From positions 1-17,521 of the forward strand of contig NW_021824859.1 of NCBI RefSeq assembly GCF_006345805.1: 17,521 nt of DNA, in the 5' to 3' direction. The position numbers were made by a program, and so were the translations under genes. Positions 10,375 to 17,521 of this stretch are shown here, piece by piece (position 1 is the stretch's first letter; each line of letters opens with the position of its first letter). Origin of the DNA: Octopus sinensis (lineage: Eukaryota). Under the pieces are notes generated by a model. It was given only the letters and a program-made list of their open reading frames with translations, was not told the origin of the DNA and searched no databases.

Positions 10375-10533
10375 AGTCCATTAATTAACCCCCAGTACTC
10401 AACTGGTACCTATTTTACTGACCCTAACAGGATGAAAGGCAAAGTCAGCTTCATGGTAATCAGAATTTGGAATGTAAAGTCAGAAGAAATGCTACTAAGC
10501 GTTTTGCCTGATGTGCTCACATTTCCGTCACCT
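10375..10533 (-). mobile_element. Second, more diverged copy of the same SINE family
   Basis: Minus strand gcaaaacgcttagtagcattt...gactttgcctttcatcctgttagggtcagtaaaataggtaccagttgagtactgggg aligns by eye to 10099-10301. Confidence 0.75.
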
Positions 10534-11074
10534 TAACAACAATAACAACAACAATACTAACAATAAAATGTGCTGCTTAGCCCTTGGTCAACCCTGACTG
10601 CGCAGGCCTGAGATCAAAAGCATTCTATCTGTGACCATCCTGTCTTTTTCCTATTTGCAATGACCATATAACCATGTGTGTTCACATGTCCTTGTTTTAA
10701 GATACGAGGCAGATGTGGCTGTTACATCTAACAGACCGAACCACCACATACACGATCTCTCATTGGTTCATTATTAGCTTGTGCTAAAAAATAGAGAGGA
10801 ACAGTTTGACAGGACCCCGCTTAGATTTTCAGTAGACGCATCAGATAGCATTTTTATCTGATGTACTTACTACTACCACAGATAACTGTGGTTGTTCAAT
10901 AGGATTGAGTATTGGGTATATTATTGATTAGGGGGTCTATTCATATCCATTCCCTGTCTTCAGTCATCATATGTTGTCAGAATCATAGGACGGCCTTCCT
11001 CACACTCATATTTGGGTATTTTAACATGATGTAGCTAACCCCTCTCTCTGTTAAACCACAGTGGAAATCTTCAA

Positions 11075-11099
11075 AGAAAAGAGAGAAAGAGAGAGAGAT

Positions 11100-11142
<43 letters not shown>

Positions 11143-11151
11143 ATGAGAGAG
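11075..11151 (+). repeat. (GA)n microsatellite
   Basis: Directly visible; paralog at 15091-15161. Confidence 0.95.
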
Positions 11152-11169
11152 TGCAAATATAATGATGTG

Positions 11170-11295
11170 TTCCTTTCAGTACCTGATGTTGTATTGAAAG
11201 AATGAAAAAGCAAGTTGACGTTGATGGGATTTGAACTCAGGCACAGAATGCCAGAATGACTACTTCAATACATTCTAAGCAATCCGCTAAAAATC
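11170..11295 (-). mobile_element. Degenerate tRNA-type SINE 5' part
   Basis: B box GAGTTCAAATCCC on the minus strand (11226-11238), followed by aacttgctttttcattctttc...caggtac, which resembles the SINE body at 10099-10301. Confidence 0.6.
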
Positions 11296-11924
11296 CTGTC
11301 GAATCCCCAAGTAACAACTGGAAGGTATTTAATGCATGGAACATGCTTGGATGGAGTTGAAAGGCAAGGGGAGGTAATACCTGTTTTTCTTTACCAGTGA
11401 GTGTTGCTAATTAAACCATCACCCATGTTGCTAATTGCACTTTAATTAGCAGATCGTTCGCAGTCATTATCTCCTGTGTTAACATTTCCTTTATTTACAT
11501 TTGACAGCAGTTCATTATAAAAATCTATTTGAAATGTCTCATCTTGTCAATCGGTTTCTACTATTTGGTTATTAATAACCAAATTTTGAATGTTTTCATA
11601 ATGATGCCTTTAATGACTTATCATTATTATATAACATTGAATTCTTCAGGCTGGAATTACCTATTAACATATTTATATTGGAATATTAGAGTGGATGCGG
11701 ATGGGGGGAAGGAAGGATATTTTTAAATCCTTCATTTACGGATGAAGTAATTTTAATTACACATAATTTTATGAGTTAAAATAAAAAAAAAAGGCACTGG
11801 AACGCCATCCTTCTCCACCGCCATTAATACAAAGATAATGAAGAACATAATCCAACCAACATCTATTTCACAAAGACACAAATATTAAAGTAAACAATAT
11901 TCTTGAAAAAAAATTGCTCCTTCT

Positions 11925-12139
11925 CATACATACTGATACATACGCTTATACTCATACATACAATATATATATACATGTATATATATATATATAATGCATA
12001 CATACATGTATATATACATAAATATATATGTATGTATGTATGTATATATATAGTTATATGCATGTATATATATATAGATATATATATATACATACATACA
12101 TATATACATAAATACATATATACATACATATATACATAC

Positions 12140-12192
<53 letters not shown>

Positions 12193-12284
12193 CATATACA
12201 TACATATATACATAGTTATATGCATGCATATATATATATAATATATACATACACACATATATACATACATATATACATACATGT

Positions 12285-12330
<46 letters not shown>
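11925..12330. repeat. Compound (TA)n/(TACA)n microsatellite with higher-order repetition
   Basis: Directly visible. The marker tagttatatgcatg occurs twice about 160 bp apart. Confidence 0.97.
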
Positions 12331-12332
<2 letters not shown>

Positions 12333-13772
12333 ACTTAGAATAACTTAGAACGTTTTGGCCAGTATTGGCCCAGGCGAAGTCTTTCAATTCAGGATTAGGT
12401 CACCAAGGCCCATTCGAGCTGACAGTTATTGTTTGCGGAGACATATCTTGGTGTGGATGGTTTGTCCGGCTCTGTTTGAAGGAATTTGTCCAAAGACTTC
12501 TTGAATTTTGTGTGGTCAGTTTCTGTTTTGACGTGTCCTGGTGTAATGTTGAAGAGAGCGGTTCCAATTGAGATGAAATGATTGTGCCGTATTGTTGTTA
12601 TGAGATGCGATTTAGATATTTGTTTTGGACGGATGGCACGTGGTCTAAGCCTTGGATGTATTTTGAAGGTGATGCCAACATCATTCGGACCGTGCTGATG
12701 GAATATTTTCCACATCATACATATAATGTAGCGTTCACGGCGTCGTTGGAGTGAAAACAGTTTCAGTTTCACTAGTCTACCCTAGTAGTCAAGGTCTGAC
12801 ATGCCATCTATCTTTTTTGTGATTGACCGTTGGGGAGCTTCAAATCTCATAATATTTTGTTTTGTGTAGGGAGACTACAGTGGACAGCAGTATTCAAGGT
12901 GGGGTCAGGCAAAAGTGGAGAAGAGAAGGATAATGGTGTGGGCATATCTCGACTGGAAGGTTCTGAGAATCCAGGAACACATTCTGCGGGCCATATCAAC
13001 TTTGCTGCTTATATGTGTAGCCCAGCTTATGTTGTTGTCCACTGTTACTCCCAGGTCTCTGATGTTGTTAGACGCCATGAGAATTTCTCCAGAAGGAAGG
13101 GAGTATGGGAGTTTTAGAGCGTCCTCCCTTCCAAAGTGGATCAGTTCGAATTTGTCTTCGTTTAGTAACATGTTATTCTTTTCCGCCTATTGGAGGACAG
13201 CCAGTAGGTCTGACTGAAGGCTTATTCGGTCATCCACGCCATTGATGACCTTCTGGAGCTTGGAATCATCAGCGAAAGTTCTGATGTTATTGTGTTTGAT
13301 GGTGTCAGTAATATCATTAATGTAGATGATGAAGAGAAGTGGGCCAAACATAGTTCCTTGTGGGACACCACTGCTGACTTTGGCTGGGCTGGATTTGACT
13401 CCTTCGACTACAACATGTTGGGTTCTGTTAGACAGGAAGCACTTGATCCACTGCAGCAGCTTTCCAGTGACACCAATATTGGACAGCTTTCTCAGAAGGA
13501 TCTTATTTTCAACCCTGTCAAAGGCCTTGCTGAAATCAAGGAAGATGACATCAGTGTTGGAGCCCTCTCCCAAGGCTCTCAAAATGACATCAAAATGATG
13601 CAGTAGCTGCGTCAGGCAATCTCTTCCATTACGGAATCCATGCTGGTTGGAGTTCAGCATATTATGACTGCCGAGGAAGTGAGTCATACGCGATCTCAGC
13701 ACTCTCTCAAATACCTTAATGATATGAGAGGTGAGTGAGATTGGACGGTAATTCACGGCAAGCGATTTGTTT
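12331..13772 (-). mobile_element. 5'-truncated CR1-clade LINE (ORF2 RT and C-terminus), copy A, pseudogenized
   Basis: Motifs NYRPISLTSHIIKVFER, QHGFRNGRDCLTQLL, IFLDFSKAFDRV, SGVPQGTMFGPLLFIIYINDI, FADDSKL, RDLGVTVD, RPHLEYC and LFSLQRRRERY. The 3' end is a tandem 10-mer (TTCTAAGTTA)x2 at 12331-12350, as expected for CR1-type termini. Confidence 0.93.
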
Positions 13773-13804
<32 letters not shown>

Positions 13805-13872
13805 TTTATATACATAAATGCATCCATTCATACATATACACGTGTATATACCCACATACACATATATATACT
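13773..13872. repeat. TA/CA-rich microsatellite at the CR1 5' junction
   Basis: Directly visible. Confidence 0.9.
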
Positions 13873-13923
13873 ATCTAAATCAAAAGAAAACCCGATCATG
13901 TCCAAAGGGTAGTACTGGATAGG

Positions 13924-14040
13924 GTGAGTACTTTACATAGTTTTCGGGTGTAATTAAATGTAAATTATAAGCTAGTCAATGTTTATTTGTTAAAGTGAAC
14001 AGCAGAAAATTTGCACGTGTATGTTTGTCTCTTCTTGCAG
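13924..14040 (+). other. Candidate 117-bp GT-AG intron
   Basis: Near-consensus donor AGG|GTGAGT at 13923/13924, and a polypyrimidine acceptor tttgtctcttcttgcag|G at 14040/14041. No recognisable protein on either side. Confidence 0.3.
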
Positions 14041-14223
14041 GAATGCAAGCGTGCCCTTCGCATGCGAAAAACAAACGCACCTACATCTTAAACTGTCATG
14101 TCTTCTATTAATATTTGAAGGGAAGTAATTCTAAAAGTTGATTTTCAGTTATCTCCCTTAATTATGTAGTTAAGAGAATATAAACTTTTCTGGTTATTTT
14201 CTGTTTTATACACTTAATTTTTC

Positions 14224-14331
14224 AATCATTTGACTGCGGCCATGGTGGAGCAATGCCTTTATTCGTTTAAATCGACACCAGGACTTATACTTTGTAGGCC
14301 TAGTATTTAAACTATCGGCCACACACACACA

Positions 14332-14399
<68 letters not shown>

Positions 14400-14565
14400 C
14401 ATGCGGCAGCAGCGCCGCTATTCGAGAAAATCGAAACCAGGACTTATTCTTTGTGGGCCTAGTATTTAATCTATCTTTCTCTTTTTGACGAAACGCTACG
14501 TTACGGGGACATGAACACAATAGCACCGGTTGTCATTCGGTGTTGGAGGGATAAACATACATACA
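14224..14565 (-). mobile_element. Two overlapping 3' fragments of a second SINE family (14224-14320 and 14399-14565), separated by a microsatellite
   Basis: A shared ~77-bp segment (ccatg...aaatcga.accaggacttat.ctttgt.ggcctagtattta) occurs in both fragments. The sequence resembles, from memory, the 3' half of a common octopus SINE (...gcggccatg.tggagca...gttacggggac). Confidence 0.65.
14321..14398. repeat. (CA)n(TA)n compound microsatellite
   Basis: Directly visible. Confidence 0.97.
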
Positions 14566-15090
14566 TCCCTTGTGAACAAATTTATTGCTTAGCCCTTGGT
14601 CAACCCTGACTGTGCAGGCCTGAGATCAAAAGCATTCTAGCTGTGACCATCCTGTCTTTTTCCTATTTGCAATGGCCATATAACCATGTGTGTTCACATG
14701 TCCTTGTTTTAAGATACGAGGAAGATGTGGCTGCTACATCTAACAGACCTAACCACCACGTACACGATCTCTCATTGGTTCATTATTAGCTTGTGCAAAT
14801 AAATAGACAGGAACAGTTTGACAGGACCCTGCTTAGATTTTCAGTAGACGCATCAGATAGCATTTTTATCTGATGTACTTACTACTACCACAGATAACTG
14901 TGGTTGTTCAATAGGATTGAGTATTGGGTATATCTATTGATGAGGGGGTCTATTCATATCCATTCCCTGTCTTCAGTCATCATATGTGTTCAGAATCATA
15001 AGGATGCCTTCCTCACACTCATATTTGTGTATTTAAAACATGATGTAGCTAACCCATCTCTCTGTCAAACCACAGTAGATATCTTTCATG

Positions 15091-15161
15091 GAAAGAGAGA
15101 GATAGAGAGAGAGAGAGAGAGAAAGAGTGAGAGAGAGAAAGAGAGAGAGAGAATGAGAGAG
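15091..15161 (+). repeat. (GA)n microsatellite (copy B)
   Basis: Directly visible. Confidence 0.95.
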
Positions 15162-15179
15162 TGCAAAATATAATGATGT

Positions 15180-15310
15180 ATTCCTTTCAGTACCTGATGT
15201 TGTATTGAAAGAATGAAAAAGCAAATTTGGCGTTGATGGGATTTGAACTCAGGGCACAGAATGCCAGAATGACTACTTCAATACATTCTAAGCAATCCGC
15301 TAACAATCCT
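15180..15310 (-). mobile_element. Degenerate tRNA-type SINE 5' part (copy B)
   Basis: B box at 15238-15250; paralog of 11170-11295. Confidence 0.6.
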
Positions 15311-15939
15311 GTCGAATCCCCAAGTAACAACTGGCAGGTATTTAATGCATGGAACATGCTTGGATGGAGTTGAAAGGCAAGGGGAGGTAATCCCTGGTTT
15401 TCTGTACCAGTGAGTGTTACTAATTAAACCATCACCCATGTTGCTAATTGCACTTTAATTAGCAGATCGTTCGCAGTCATTATCTCCTGTGTTAACATTT
15501 CCTTTATTTACATTTGACAGCAGTTCATTATAAAAAATCTATTTGAAATGTCTCATCTTGTCAATCGGTTTCTACTATTTGGTTATTAATAACCAAATTT
15601 TGAATATGTTTTCATAATGATGCCTTTAATGACTTATCATTATTATATAACATTGAATTCTTCAGGCTGGAATTACCTATTAAACATATTTATATTGGAA
15701 TATTAGAGTGGATGCGGATGGGGGGGAAGGAAGGATATTTTTAATTCCTTCATTTACGGATGAAGTAATTTTAATTACACATAATTTTATGAGTTAAAAT
15801 AAACAAAAGACACTGGAACGCCATCCTTCTCCACCGCCATTAATACAAAGATAATGAAGAACATAATCCAACCAACATCTATTTCACAAAGACACAAATA
15901 TTAAAGTAAACAATATTCTTGAAAAAAAATTGCTCCTTC

Positions 15940-16314
15940 TCATAAATACTCATACATACGCTTATACTCATACATACAAATATATATATACATGTATATA
16001 TATATATATATATTATATATATATATGCATACATACATGTATATATATATAAATATATACATGTATGTATGTATGTATATATATATATATATAGTTATAT
16101 GCATGTATATATATATAGATATATATATATACATACATACATATATACATAAATACATATATACATACATATATACATACATGTGTATATATATATATAT
16201 ATATACATACATACATATACATACATATATACATAGTTATATGCATGCATATATATAAAGATATATATAGATATATATATACACACATATATATACGTAT
16301 ATACATACATATAT

Positions 16315-16402
<88 letters not shown>
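15940..16402. repeat. Compound (TA)n/(TACA)n microsatellite (copy B), ending in a long nearly pure (TA)n run
   Basis: Directly visible; longer than the copy A tract. Confidence 0.97.
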
Positions 16403-16404
<2 letters not shown>

Positions 16405-17350
16405 ACTTAGAATAACTTAGAAAGGTTTTGGCCAGTATTGGCCCAGGCCATGTCTAACTTAATAGCACCACCTGGCGAAGTCTTTCAATTCAGGATTTGG
16501 GCACCAATGCCCATTCGAGCTGACAGTTAATGTTTGCGGAGACATATCTTGGTGTGGATGGTTTGTCCGGGACTGTTTGAAGGAATTTGTCCAAAGACTT
16601 CTTGAATTTTGTGTGGTCAGTTTCTGTTTTGACGTGTCCTGGTGTAATGTTGAAGAGAGCGGTTCCAATTGAGATGAAATGATTGTGCCGTATTGTTGTT
16701 ATGAGATGCGATTTAGATTTTTGTTGTGGACGGATGGCACGTGGTCCAAGCCTTGGATGTATTTTGAAGGTGATGCCAACATCATTCGGACAGTGCTGAT
16801 GGAATATTTTCCACATCATACAGATAATGTAGCGTTCACGGCGTCGTTGGAGTGAAAACAGTTTCAGTTTCACTAGTCTATACTAGTAGTCAAGGTCTGA
16901 CATGCCATCTATCTTTTTTGTGATTGACCGTTGGGGAGCTTCAATTCTCATAATATTTTGTTTTGTGTAGGGAGACCACAGTGACAGCAGTATTCAAGGT
17001 GGGGTCGGGCAAAAGTGGAGAAGAGAAGGATAATGGTGTGGGAATATCTCGACTGGAAAGTTCTGAGAATCCAGGAACACATTCTGCGGGCCATATCAAC
17101 TTTGCTGCTTATATGTGTAGCCCAGCTTATGTTGTTGTCCACTGTTACTCCCAAGTCTCTGATGTTGTTAGACGCCATGAGAATTTCTCCAGAAGGAAGG
17201 GAGTATGGGAGTTTTAGAGCGTCCTCCCTTCCAAAGTGGATCAGTTCGAATTTGTCTTCGTTTAGTAACATGTTATTCTTTTCCGCCCATTGGAGAACAG
17301 CCAGTAGGTCTGACTGAAGGCTTATTCGGTCATCCACGCCATTGATGACC
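16403..17350 (-). mobile_element. CR1 LINE 3' part, copy B (cut at 17350 by rearrangement)
   Basis: Paralogous to 12331-13250, with terminal 10-mers at 16403-16422. It shares the in-frame stop DY* with copy A (12782-12784 and 16883-16885). Confidence 0.93.
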
Positions 17351-17354
17351 ATTG

Positions 17355-17521
17355 AAAGACACTGGAACGCCATCCTTCTCCACCGCCATTAATACAAAGA
17401 TAATGAAGAACATAATCCAACCAACATCTATTTCACAAGACACAAATATTAAAGTAAACAATATTCTTGAAAAAAAATTGCTCCTTCTCGTACATACTCA
17501 TACATACGCTTATACTCATAC
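17355..17521 (+). repeat. Third partial copy (C) of the duplicated unit, restarting at the position equivalent to 15806 (and ~11792); runs off the window
   Basis: aaagacactggaacgccatccttctccaccgcc... matches 15806-15972, an offset of 1549 bp. Confidence 0.96.

Larger units (their letters stand above)
10574..14585 (+). repeat. Tandem segmental duplication, copy A (unit ~4012 bp; 10574-13250 is shared with copy B)
   Basis: Starts tgcttagcccttggtcaaccctgactg at both 10574 and 14586. Colinear through unique DNA, (GA)n, SINE, (TA)n and CR1, at roughly 95-97% identity by eye. Confidence 0.97.
14586..17350 (+). repeat. Tandem segmental duplication, copy B (matches 10574-13250), truncated inside the CR1
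   Basis: Colinear with copy A. Similarity stops after gccattgatgacc (13250 / 17350). Confidence 0.97.

Noticed and set aside
11226-11238. B-box-like motifs (also 10224-10234 and 15238-15250) as tRNA genes
   Set aside because: No cloverleaf; the flanks match SINE bodies.
13187-13756. 189-aa RT ORF as an active or domesticated reverse transcriptase
   Set aside because: The element is 5'-truncated with no endonuclease, and downstream frames are broken by stops and frameshifts shared with copy B.
7696-13772. Tx1 and CR1 copies both truncated shortly upstream of the (N)xRPI motif at the start of the RT domain
   Set aside because: Only two cases, with different distances (~115 vs ~25 bp); 5' truncation points are broadly distributed, so coincidence is sufficient.
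11863-16322. YI/YM/HI-rich ORFs
   Set aside because: They are translations of (TA)n/(TACA)n microsatellites.

Overview
AT-rich, repeat-saturated eukaryotic (animal) DNA. The SINE types and the very long (AAT)n and (TA)n tracts suggest a cephalopod such as Octopus; this rests on pattern recognition and was not verified. No intact host protein-coding gene, RNA gene or CRISPR array is supportable. From left to right the window holds four parts. (1) A decayed Mutator (MULE) DNA transposon end with an internal 126-bp duplication and a 15-bp subterminal array. (2) A decayed Penelope-like retroelement (RT thumb plus GIY-YIG). (3) About 7.8 kb (2.5-10.3 kb) in which an (AAT)n microsatellite, always on the same strand, is split by a 5'-truncated R4/Dong-type RLE LINE (+), a 5'-truncated Tx1/L1-type LINE (-), a 166-bp Dong-like 3' stub, an unassigned 551-bp element and a tRNA-type SINE. 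(4) A ~4.0-kb tandem segmental duplication (10574-14585 / 14586-17350) carrying a CR1 LINE embedded in (TA)n, with a third partial copy starting at 17355 via a junction with a templated insertion. Most ORF-track entries are microsatellite translations or antisense frames of these elements. The best candidate for something undescribed is the community of retroelements using (AAT)n and (TA)n microsatellites as landing pads, especially the Tx1-type LINE and the 551-bp orphan. All alignments and identities were done by eye.
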